Below are positions 12,170 through 23,029 of a DNA stretch of 64,000 bases, piece after piece (positions within the stretch are counted from its first letter, which is position 1; every line of letters starts with the position of its first letter). Position numbers and translations under genes: made by a program. Source of the stretch: Eledone cirrhosa (Eukaryota). Below the pieces are notes generated by a model, which did not search any database, was not told the DNA's origin, and was given only the letters and a program-made list of their open reading frames with translations. The stretch spans positions 100,006,001 through 100,070,000 of the forward strand of contig OZ024745.1 in the NCBI GenBank assembly GCA_964016885.1. Direction: 5' to 3'.

Positions 12170-14460
12170 CACCTCTTGATTCTGCTGTTAGCCAACCAAA
12201 TAAAGAATGTAACAGTTTGGAGAAGCGAATAGCTAGTATGCTACCAAATCTACCAATTGCTAGCAAGATTTCTAGTCCAGTTGAAGACATTCAGCGTCAA
12301 CAGCCATCAGCAGTGTCCTCTTCATCAAAGAAAGAACATCGCTATCATTCTGATCGTAAACACATTAGAAGCGGCAGTGATATAGTTTCAGATGACACTT
12401 CAGATTGGCTTGACCACTCTCCTATACTATCTAGTAGGAGTACAACTAGTCCTAGCCACTCTTCGCATAAAACAAGTCACAGAAAACTTCCTTCCAGTAG
12501 TAATTTGCACAATTCAACCTCTTCATCCTCCTCAGGTCGAGTGCCAGCTTATAATTCTCCTCCTTTGTCAAATGATGAAGGTAGCAGTACTCCACTTAAT
12601 GATGAAGGTGGTAGTACACCTGTACAGGATGAAAAAGAAGAGCAGACTACGAGAGAAAATCCTATTGATTTCTTGACCAAACTTATTAATCAGACCCAGA
12701 AGTCTCCCAAAACCAGTACTGCTAGTTTCCTTCAAAACCTAATGAACACGGGAATGAAACCATTTACTTCTTCGTATGATGACAGCAAAAGCAAGGACTC
12801 TTCTGTTGATCTCAACCAACCTGCCATGCCCCCACAGATTCCCCCACCTCCCATGGGGCCAGGACCTCTACCAACTCAATCTTCCTTACAGACTTCATCC
12901 TCTCAGCACAATCAGACTACTTCTGCTCAGTCATGGGCTGCTTGGAAAGCTAAACGTGGTCCATCTGATGATATTCCTAACCTCATCACATCTGCACCTC
13001 CTCCGCCCCCTCCCACCATGCCACCCCCAATTATTTCCCCACAGAGGCATGAGCAAGTTGGACTAGCTTCTATTCCACAACGACCTGACCTATCAACTAT
13101 GCCTCCAATGATGGGGCCACCACCTCCACCTGATTGCCTTCCAGGAATGTCAGGAATGCCTCCACTTCCCCCGGAATCACTTCCTTCTGTACCACCAGTC
13201 CCTCCTCCAGATTGTCTTCTACCTGGAATGGTTACACCACCATCTGATGGAATTCCTCCACCAGGTATGCCACCTATGCAACCGCCTGATGCTATGAATA
13301 ATATGCAAAGGCGTGACCAGATGGTATTACCTGCTGGTATTCCTGGAATGGCCCCTAATTTCCATCCACCCGAGAACCCTATTGCTCCACAAAGCCCATG
13401 GAAGCATGATATGGGCAGTCCTTACTGTGCTGTCAGTAACACTACGGAACACCCAGATGGTTATAACAGCAGTCCCCAGAGCCAAACAAGTCCTGAACCT
13501 TGCTCTATTCCTCTACCTTGGATGAATCATCCACCTCCACCACATGATACCAGCATACCTCCACCTGTAGCCTTGGGACCTCCACCTCATGCTAGAGGTC
13601 TCAACTGTTCAGTTTTACCAGATTATTCTGGTTCAGCTGATAATATTTCTACTTTGACTGATACAATGCAAAGTTCTAAGACTAGTTCACAGTCTTCCTC
13701 TCCTAACAGGAATGGGGCCTCTGTTTACACTAGCAGAGTAAACCGTGTACTTTCCCAATCAGATTTTCCTGATGACCAAAGAGAATTCATTGAAAAATTA
13801 AAAAGGAAATCTAGTAATCTTGTTACTCCACCAATTGTTGATTCACTGACAGACTTAGCTGAATCTGTAAGTAATGTACGAAACCTAACTACTGTGAAAC
13901 TTGAAGATAGTCCATCTAACAGCAAGAAGCCAACAGACAATATAGAAAATACAGAGTCTAATCATTCTGCTGACATCGGCACTTGTAGTGCCCAAACTGA
14001 AGAAGAAGTAGAAGAGGAGGAGGCAGAGGACGAAGTAGAAGAAGAGGAAGAAGAAGAGGAGGAAGACATAACCGATTGTCAAAATGAAGAACCAAAGGGC
14101 GCCCCAATATTAACTGTTTCTGGCATTGCCTCTCGGCGTTATGAACCTGAACGAATTCGCAGTGTTCCTGAGCATAGGGGAGATAACAGTAGACGAACTG
14201 ATTCTGTAAACAGACGCTTTGAACAGCCAATTCCTAATCCAATAATTCACAGACAGACCACAGATTCTTATCGAGAGAGAAGAAGAGGTGAAAGGGATTT
14301 TTATCGGAATACTCCATACCCTAACGACCCCTATGCTTATACCTATACACAGGACTGGCATCAGTATTATGCTCAGACTAATCCATACATGGCTCCACCT
14401 TTGAAACGGCCTTATGAGCCATATAACCCTCACCATTCTTACTATCCCTCAAAGTACTGA
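12170..14460 (+). CDS. RPRD2: Large terminal coding exon of an RPRD2-like protein (regulation of nuclear pre-mRNA domain-containing 2; Pro/Ser-rich C-terminal region)
   Basis: About 763 open codons after acceptor tcttttcag. Motifs are colinear with vertebrate RPRD2 as recalled: SLEKRIASML (SLEMKIHNFL), STPLNDEGGSTPVQDE..DFLTKLI (GTPVRDERSGTPTQDE..SLLSKII), EEPKGAPILTV (EEKGAPIETL) and PLKRPYEPY near the C-terminus. The CID domain exons would lie upstream of the window. Confidence 0.8.
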
Positions 14461-14746
14461 ACCATTGTCTTGTAAGGTTTTGGGCAGAAAATACTCTCTT
14501 AGCAGTTTCTTGATGACTTTAACAGTTCTGTAATATTCCTGCATATACTGAATGTTTTTGACTTGGGATTTCTCATTTAGACTGTTGGATATTCCATGAA
14601 ATGTAATCATCCTGTTCTCTCTCTCTTTATTCCCTTCTCTCATATTTTTTTATATTATTTTTTTGGCAATGTCTTTGTTATTTTATCTTATTAGAATAAG
14701 GGATAGCAATGCCACAAAATATTGAACATGGTTTTAAGTTAAAGAG

Positions 14747-14752
14747 AATAAA
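14747..14752 (+). promoter_or_regulatory. Candidate polyadenylation signal of the RPRD2-like gene
   Basis: First AATAAA after the stop codon, followed by U/GU-rich sequence. More distal signals also exist. Confidence 0.4.
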
Positions 14753-15618
14753 CATTACATTTTAAAGTTCTTATTTTTCCAACCAGTTTTAAATTGAATT
14801 GTTGTTTTGTTTAAAGCATTAATTCAAATGGTTTCCACTGCATATCATGAGGAGAAGGTCCTGTCAGTACAAAAATATTATCCTTAAATAAAAAAAAAAC
14901 ATTACAAAAATATAAACTAAAAAAAACATTAAGTTTTATTCCTGAAATGTTAACTGGAGTCATTGGTTTCTTTCCAATACATCTTTGGATTTGATCCCAG
15001 TTTCTTGTAAACCTACAAATCTTGTCTGAGGCACAATGTGCTGCAGAATAAAATTTTAAACTTTTCAAAAAAAAAACCCTCTCTTGTTCACTTAACTTTC
15101 TCTTCTTAATGAAAATCATATGGATGTTTTTATTGCTTGTGTGACCCATTTCTTTCTCAGTTGTTGTTTTTATTTATTTATTTGTTTATTTTGTGAAAAT
15201 AGTATTGTTTGCATAGTTATTATAATTGTTTCTTCTTTTGGCACAAGGCCAGCAAATACCCAGTGCATTACTGGTACTTTGTTTTATCGACCTCATAAGA
15301 ATGAAAGGCAAAGTTAACTTTGGTGGGAATTGAACCCAGAACGTAAAGGGCCATAACTCAATGCTGAAAAACAGTGTCTGATACTGCCAATCCACCGTCC
15401 AGTTATTATTGCATAGTTATTATAATGCAAGACTGCATGTGGGAGTCTATCGTAAGACTGGAGATGATCTTTTAAAGTTAGAGATACAACTACAATTGAA
15501 AGTACAAATAAGAGTAGAAGTAATAAATATTAACATTTAGATTCCACTAAGTTTGATTTACTTTTAATTCCTCCAAGAGTAATAAAATAATTACCAGTTA
15601 TGTTAATAAAGGAAAAAT

Positions 15619-16588
15619 GAAATGATACATTTCTCTCTTTAGATGTTAGCGAATGAAAGGTGAAATGATACCTTTCTCTCTTTAGATGTTAGCGAATGAA
15701 AGGTGAAATGATACCTTTCTCTCTTTAGATGTTAGCGAATGAAAGGTGAAATGATACCTTCCTCTCTTTAGATGTTAGCTAATGTAAGAGATGATACATA
15801 CCTCTCTTTAGATGTTAGCTAATGAAAGGTAAAATGATACCTTCCTCTCTTTAGATGTTAGCGAATGAAAAATGAAATGATACCTTCCTCTCTTTAGATG
15901 TTAGCTAATGTAAGAGATGATACCTTCCTCTCTTTAGATGTTAGCTAATGAAAGGTGAAATGATACCTTCCTCTCTTTAGATGTTAGCTAATGAAAAGTG
16001 AAATGATACCTTCTTCTCTTTAGATGTTAGCTAATGTAAGATGAAATGATACCTTCCTCTCTTTAGATGTTAGCTAATGTAAGGTGAAATGATACCTTCC
16101 TCTCTTTAGATGTTAGCTAATGAAAGGTGAAATGATACCTTCTTCTCTTTAGATGTTAGCTAATAAAAGGTGAAATGATACCTTCCTCTCTTTAGATGTT
16201 AGCTAATGTAAGAGATGATACTTTCCTCTCTTTAGATGTTAGCTAATGAAAGGTGAAATGATACCTTCCTCTCTTTAGATGTTAGCTAAGGTAAGATGAA
16301 ATGATACCTTCCTCTCTTTAGATGTTAGCTAATGAAAGGTGAAATACCTTCCTCTCTTTAGATGTTAGCTAATGAAAGGTGAAATGATACCTTCTCTTTA
16401 GATGTTAGCTAATAAAAGGTGAAATGATACCTTCCTGTCTTTAGATGTTAGCTAATGTAAGAGATGATACCTTCCTCTCTTTAGATGTTAGCTAATGTAA
16501 GATGAAATGATACCTTCCTCTCTTTAGATGTTAGCTAATGAAAGGTGAAATACTTTCCTCTCTTTAGATGTTAACTAATGAAAGGTGA
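15619..16588. repeat. 43-bp minisatellite (~23 copies, with ~39-bp variants)
   Basis: Unit gaaatgataccttcctctctttagatgttagctaatgaaaggt read directly. Confidence 0.95.
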
Positions 16589-17630
16589 TAGAATGGTATT
16601 TTTTTATATAGAACACTTTTCATGCAACTAAGTGATGGTGTTTAGCTAATTAAGGATGACTTGCAGATGATAATACAGTGATTTAATGGAAGATAGACCT
16701 TAATCGATGATGGTGATAGAACAGGTATCCCCAAACATTTTAGTCCATTAACCTCGTCATAGAATCTTTGACCTCTCATCGACCACAAGCATGTATAAAA
16801 ACAAATAAATAAATCAGTAAACACAATATAAAATAAATTGATAATCAGAAACTTGTATAAGCAAGTTGCATTTTATTGTATTTTATGTATTTTCAGTGTC
16901 AGGTTTTGGTTTAAAAGTTTGTTTGATCCCTTGAGTAGGGTCCTTCAAGCGCTTTGGAGAATCTTGATGTAAGTTGAAGAAATGGTATAGGAGTGACTGA
17001 AAATTAAATATTTGTGGCAAAAAGAAAAAAAAGAAAAAACAAGAGCAGTTGTTTATATATGTTCCAGCAGGAAAAATGTTTGTAGCACACAGAGAAAGAC
17101 ATTTTATGATAATAGGCATTGTTATTCATGTTAAAATATATTTATGTAAGTAATTTTATTAACATACCATAGTTCTCAAAATTAAATTGAGTATTTTTAT
17201 TTTACCTCTTTAATTTTCATACAAATCAGCTGATCATCATAGGAAAGAATTTGAATGTATATTATTTTTTTTTTATTTTTTACAAATATATATAACATTT
17301 TATTTATCAAACTAAAACAGTGGTTACAAGTAAATATTGAAGTTAAAATAATTTTATTAACAATCCTTTTCCCACTAATATGGCCCCATCAGCTTTCAAA
17401 ACTTCTAATGAATCTTTAATTGCTGTAAGCTGCAACACTGCTATTTTAAAAATAGTATCTCTTGTTTATTTAATGAATTAAGTAACAATTACAAAATTTA
17501 CTACAAGGCCACTGTGAATTGTATTGCCTATATATATATAAACAAATGTATATATATATATATATATATATACTTCGTTTTTTTAATTTATTTTGCGAGA
17601 TTTCTTATCTGAAAACATGTGTTGAAACAG

Positions 17631-17986
17631 ATATTGTTATACTTTGGGGAGGTCATGCTGCTAATAAAAACACACATCTGTTGATTTTCACTTCAACTTA
17701 TTATAAGTTTCCGGTTGGTTGGTTGGTTGGTTGGTTGGTTCGATAACTGGAAGGTTGTTTATATATTGTCAAAGCTCTTTCGTCACACATTCTGAGACCT
17801 CCTCAGTGACTAGATTTTTTATTTTGTGTGTCTGTCCTACACCATCTTATTTTTGTATGTTGTGTCACAACCTTATGGTTATTGAACCAACCAGCCAACT
17901 GGAAACTTATAATAAATTGAAGTGAAAACCAGCAGGTTAGTGTGTGTTTTTATTGGCAGCATGACCCTCTGAAAGTATAACAATAT
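17631..17986. mobile_element. Inverted repeat with hammerhead motif in the spacer; probable Penelope-like terminus
   Basis: Arms ~17631-17747 and ~17878-17986. On the - strand 17810-17768 reads gtca CTGAGGA ggtctcagaatgtgtgac GAAA gagcTT tgac. Confidence 0.6.
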
Positions 17987-18764
17987 ATGCTGTGCTGAAA
18001 AGGACCCATCCCACCCTTGCAAGCAAGGAAAAGCGAACGTTAAATGATGATGATGATGATTATGATATATATATATAAAGTTAGTTCCACAACAAATTAG
18101 CAAACCGTACTTGAGTACAGATTGCTAAATTGTTGTGGAACTAACTTTATAACGAACTTGTCCTATGGACTGAGTGCTCCACTTACTACAGATATAACCT
18201 CCCAATGTTCTACCACCATATATATATATATATATATATATGAGAAAATAGTCAGGGCCATTTCGATAGCTGGATCTTACTACCCTAAGTATTGAGTATT
18301 CTGGTGCGTTATGGTCCACCTGGTATCTTACCACACACCCTTTATTATATATATATATACATACATGCACACACATACACACTGTATATAATCAAGTTGG
18401 TGGATCCTGGATCCTTACTAAGCTGAAAAGTAGGGGTTGGTGGCAAGCAAGGGCAGCTTTTTACTTTAAAAATTAATGTGAAAAACTGCATTCAACTTAT
18501 TACACATTGTACTGGGCTTGAAATTTGCAGGAGGCACAAACACTCACTCAAGACATACACATAGACGGAGGCTAATATATGGCTGGTTGGTTATGTCACT
18601 ACTCAGTCTAAATATACGCTAATAATGGTCTGCATAAAAATAAAAAGCAACTTCATCAGACTTTGATTCTCCTATGAAACAAATATGTCTATACATGATA
18701 TAAAGACTTCTGAATTTATATATACAAACCTCCCACTTACACAAATTATATATATATACACACA

Positions 18765-18808
18765 TGTCTGATGACCCTGTTATAAACAGGAGAAACACCA
18801 GAGTAACA
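18765..18808 (+). ncRNA. Minimal type-I hammerhead ribozyme-like motif
   Basis: tgt CTGATGA c-cctgt-tataa-acagg-a GAAAC accaga GTA aca, followed by AATAAA and (TA)n. Confidence 0.5.
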
Positions 18809-19026
18809 AGACTGATTTTTCAGCCTTAATAAAATGAATATATATATATATATATATATGGGTTAGGAAGGGCATCGAGCCATAGAAATCAAGCCAGAAA
18901 TAGTTCTGTATGAGTGAGACAAGACACCTGACCTGACTTGTCTCAGAAGAGGCAACACGTTTAACCCAAGCTAGCCTGGAAAAATGGACGTTGAATGGTG
19001 GTGATGATATATATATGTGTGTGTGT

Positions 19027-19362
19027 GCATCATCATCATTTTAGGTCCGCTTTTCCCTGCTTGCAAGGGTGGGACGGGAACTGATGCTGGCTTGATTTCT
19101 ACAGCTGGATGCCCTTCCTAACACCAACCTCATTTACAGTGAGTCCTGGGTGCTTTTTTGCCGTGGCACCTCCACGTCCACTTTGCAGTGGAATGATATG
19201 GACCCCGGTCCCTATCATCTCATTTCTACAGGTGAGTAAACTGAAGCAATGTGAAATAAAGTGTCTTGCTCAAGGAAACAACACATCACCCGGTCTGAGA
19301 ATTGAACTCACAACCTTTCGATTGAAAGGTCAATGCTCTAACCACTAAGCCATGTGCCTCCA
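19027..19362 (-). mobile_element. tRNA-derived SINE family B with RTE tail (also ~4315-4477, 20821-21117, 33071-33410, 55337-55790)
   Basis: Head GGAGGCACATGGCTTAGTGGTTAGAGC..GTGAGTTCAATTCTC (A/B boxes), core CCTTGAGCAAGACACTTT, and a 3' tail shared with the RTE at 5190. Confidence 0.85.
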
Positions 19363-19370
19363 TGTATATA

Positions 19371-20251
19371 CACGATGTGGACGATACCTGTTCGCAAGAT
19401 TACTGTCTAGGAAAAAGTAACACAGTAGTTTTATTTTTTAAGATATATTTATCCAACTTGTGTCAGTTTATCTTCATGGCTTGTTCTTTCGATCTCACTC
19501 GATAAACCCGCCATTGGCTTTGATGGCGGCCTCGGAACCGGCTACAGGCCTTTGTCACTGTCCCCCGACTTAGGCCCCTAAAGGCACTTGTGATCCTAGC
19601 CTTCAGATCGTCTTTTGTATTGCAGTTAAATATGTTGGTGTCTCGTTCCACTGTGCCCCACACAAAGAAGTCGGAGGGGTTGCAGTCAGGCGAGCTGGGA
19701 GGTCAGATTTCAGGTGAAGTGTGGCTGACGAAGTTCTCTGATAGCCAGGCATGGGTCTTTTGGTTGGTATGGCAGGGCACTGAGACTTGCTGCCACACGT
19801 ACGGCCTACCTGCAGCTACCTGGTCGATCCATGGCTTTACTAGCTCACTCAGAACGCGGATGTAGCCATCGGTGTTCAGCTTGAGGCTCTCAGTGAAGAA
19901 GTGAGGTGGCATGACGTCACCTTGACTGCAGACGACACCTAAGACCAATGTTGTCGCTGGAAACTTTGTCTGCATGACTCTGGAAACGTCTTTGGATGAG
20001 ACAGCGAGCCACCTGTTGTTCTGGGAGTTGATCTTCTGGTCTTATTTGTCCTCCCAGCGCGGATTCCAAGAAGAACTCCGTGTCTCTTCCACAAATTTGG
20101 AGGTTCAAAATTATTCATAATCAATTATTCTGAAAATAAATAATGGAAATATAGTCACTGTTTTTATGAAGACAAGAGTGACAACGGAAGTAAAAGAAAT
20201 TTGCATAAAATTAGCAGTTGAAAATTGCGAACAAATATTGTCCGCACCCTG
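19371..20251 (-). mobile_element. Degenerate, internally deleted mariner-like element, DD37D (maT) type
   Basis: Degenerate TIRs (cacgatgtggacgatacctgttcgcaa vs cagggtgcggacaatatttgttcgcaa) with TA flanks. Remnant TKFPAT..VMPPHFF..WQQV..PPSSPDCNPSD..VWG has 37 residues between the second (mutated) and third catalytic positions, plus an in-frame stop. Confidence 0.8.
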
Positions 20252-20278
20252 TATATGCATGTATATATATATATATGC

Positions 20279-20315
<37 letters not shown>

Positions 20316-20332
20316 TGTATATATATATATAT

Positions 20333-20571
20333 AGTATAAAAAAACGAAAAATCAGTGATGCATCTGGACTCAGTTTATTGCATGTCACAATTGTTTCGTG
20401 GCAGGTAGCTTGAGACATGATCATTGTATGCCCGTGTCCGAAGGAACCTGCAGCCGTAGAATCAGCCAGATCCATACAGGGACCATGTCTCGAGCTACTT
20501 ACCGGCGAAACAATTGTAACACGCAATAAACTGAGTCCAGATGCATCACTGATTTTTTGTTTTTTTATACT
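20333..20571. repeat. Fold-back inverted repeat (~98-bp arms) with degenerate hammerhead motifs
   Basis: Arms ~20333-20430 and ~20472-20571. Each reads outward catgt CTC(G/A)A GCT..GAAAC AATT GT(A/G) aca.g..AATAAA. Confidence 0.75.
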
Positions 20572-21116
20572 ATCCAAACTCTGCTCTGTATGAATATTGA
20601 GTGCTAATTTTGGCATACCGCCTATGGAAGCACCATAGCTACCATTATACACACGTATATATATATACATGTGTGTATAATGGTAGCTATGGTGTATATG
20701 TATATATATACATATGTGTATGTATATGTATATATGTATACATATATGTATATGTATATATACATATGTGTATATATATATATATATATATACATATATG
20801 TATATATATATATATATACATGGAGGCACATGGCTTAGTGGTTAGAGCATTGGCCTTGCAATCGAAAGGTTGTGAGTTCAATTCTCAGACCAGGTGATGT
20901 GTTGTTTCCTTGAGCAAGACACTTTATTTCACATTGCTCCAGTTTACTCAGCTGCAAAGTAGACGTGGAGGTGCCACGGCAAAAAAGCACCCAGCACTCA
21001 CTGTAAATGAGGTTGGTGTTAGGAAGCGCATCCAGCTGTAGAAATCAAGCCAGAACCAGTTCCCGTCCCACCCTTGCAAGCAGGGAAAAATGGACGTAAA
21101 ATGAAATGATGATGAT

Positions 21117-21118
21117 AC

Positions 21119-21160
<42 letters not shown>

Positions 21161-21182
21161 GTGTATATATATATATATATAC

Positions 21183-21228
<46 letters not shown>

Positions 21229-21344
21229 GTGTATATATATATATATATACATATGTGTATATGTATATATATATGTATATATATATATACATATGTGTAT
21301 ATATATATATACATATGTGTATATATATGTATATATATATATAC

Positions 21345-21390
<46 letters not shown>

Positions 21391-21414
21391 GTGTATATAT
21401 ATATATATATATAC

Positions 21415-21479
<65 letters not shown>

Positions 21480-21555
21480 CATGTGTATATGTATATATAT
21501 ATGTATATATATACATATGTGTATATATATATGTATATATATATATACATATGTG

Positions 21556-21586
<31 letters not shown>

Positions 21587-21590
21587 ATAT
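21117..21590. repeat. Compound (TA)n microsatellite punctuated by CATATGTG
   Basis: Directly visible; it is the source of the spurious IY-rich ORFs. Confidence 0.95.
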
Positions 21591-21769
21591 GTAATTCTCT
21601 ATATATATGTATGTAGTTCTCTATTACATACACAGACAAATCTTAATGCTCATTTAGTGCAGGCATGGTGGATATGAATACCAATTAAAATGAATGGTGT
21701 TTTTTTTTATTATTTAAATAGAATTGCAAACAGTATGTAAAACAACTTGCTGCTTATGTACATGTGAAA

Positions 21770-22150
21770 GACGGAAACTAGAATATTATAAACATGCCGA
21801 GACACTGCATCCTTTAAGACACTCATGCTTCCCGAAATACGCCAAAACTACAGCTGATGTACCCCTTCCATACACATGCACACGTGTGTATCATGACTCG
21901 TGCACTGTTCATTTTACTGATGTTTGTGCATTGCCCTATGTACTGTACATGCACTTTTTTGATGAGTTGTGGTGCACCTAGGCACTGTACACAATATTTC
22001 ATTATTGTTATTGTTATTATATCATGACTCGTACACTGTTCATTTTCCTGACATTTGTACATTATTCTATGTACTATACATGCACCTTTGATGAGTTGTA
22101 GTGCACCTGAGCACTGTACACAATAATTTCATTATTATTATTATTATTTC
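21770..22150 (+). mobile_element. Retroposon 3' end with (ATT)n tail and an internal ~130-bp tandem duplication (CR1-like tail)
   Basis: gatgagttgt.gtgcacct..gcactgtacacaata.tttcattatt occurs twice here and again at 46700-46752. Confidence 0.5.
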
Positions 22151-22248
22151 ATTATTATAAAGGGAGTGTAGCTTTATACAAGTATATATATATATATAAA
22201 TATATATATATAAATATATATATATACATATATATATATACATATATA

Positions 22249-22757
22249 GGTAGACCCAGAAAAACCTGGGACGATTTGATAAATTCCGACCTTACACGCT
22301 TGCACCTCTCTAAGACAATGTCACTGGACCGAGATCTTTGGCGCTATGCAGTAATACAGAAGACCCGCCTTGCCTATGTACAAAGCGAAACCTACAGTCA
22401 GTAGGCACCTCTTAACCAAATATAAACCCCCAATCCACTACCCCAACCCTATCCTCCCACTCCCACTAACACCACCCTCTCTCTGGAAAGTTGGTACCAC
22501 AACACCCAGTCCAAATAAATGAGATAATGAGATTGAGATCATGAAGGTGTCATGACAAAAAAAAAACACAAAAGTTCCCAGTTCCACACTGTAAATGTGG
22601 TTGGTGTTAGGAAGGGCATCCAGCTGTAGAAAACCTGCCAGATAGTCCTATATGAGCGAGATACGGTCACCTGACCAACCTTGCTTCAAGTGGGACAACT
22701 CCCGTCTAACCCATGCCAGCATGGAAGATAGACATTAAACGAAGCTGATGATGATGA
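22249..22757 (+). mobile_element. RTE family 2 3' end (also 33443-34021 -, 51985-52498 +, ~57700-57820 -)
   Basis: GRPRKTWDDLINSDL..DRDLWRYAV coding end, a shared 3' UTR and a (GAT)n tail. Confidence 0.85.
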
Positions 22758-23029
22758 TATGAATATATATATATATATATATTTGTGTGTGTGTGTAAGT
22801 ATATTTGTATGTATATATATATACACACATGCACAATTACAGATATATAGCTTTTTTTTCTATTGATCATGTGAATTAATTAGTCGGTAAAATCCCTCAA
22901 GATATTTTACATAATTATATTTTTCTATTTCCTCTTAACCATTGGAATTATAATAAAATTAGGTTTGATTATATTGAAATGTATTTGATAAAATTTAAAA
23001 TATAGTGACTTTAATTATTGTATTTATCT

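Noticed and set aside
11826-14436. Overlapping and antisense ORFs in the RPRD2-like exon
   Set aside because: Shadow frames of a long coding exon with no recognisable domain.
15619-16588. 43-bp array as CRISPR or coding repeat
   Set aside because: No spacers and no ORF; an ordinary minisatellite.
20821-20895. tRNA gene
   Set aside because: The tRNA-like sequence is a SINE head continuing into a SINE body, present in multiple diverged copies.
20164-21677. Long Ile/Tyr-rich ORFs (also 45.8-50.5 kb, 58.3 kb and 63.2 kb)
   Set aside because: Translations of (TA)n microsatellites, which lack stop codons.
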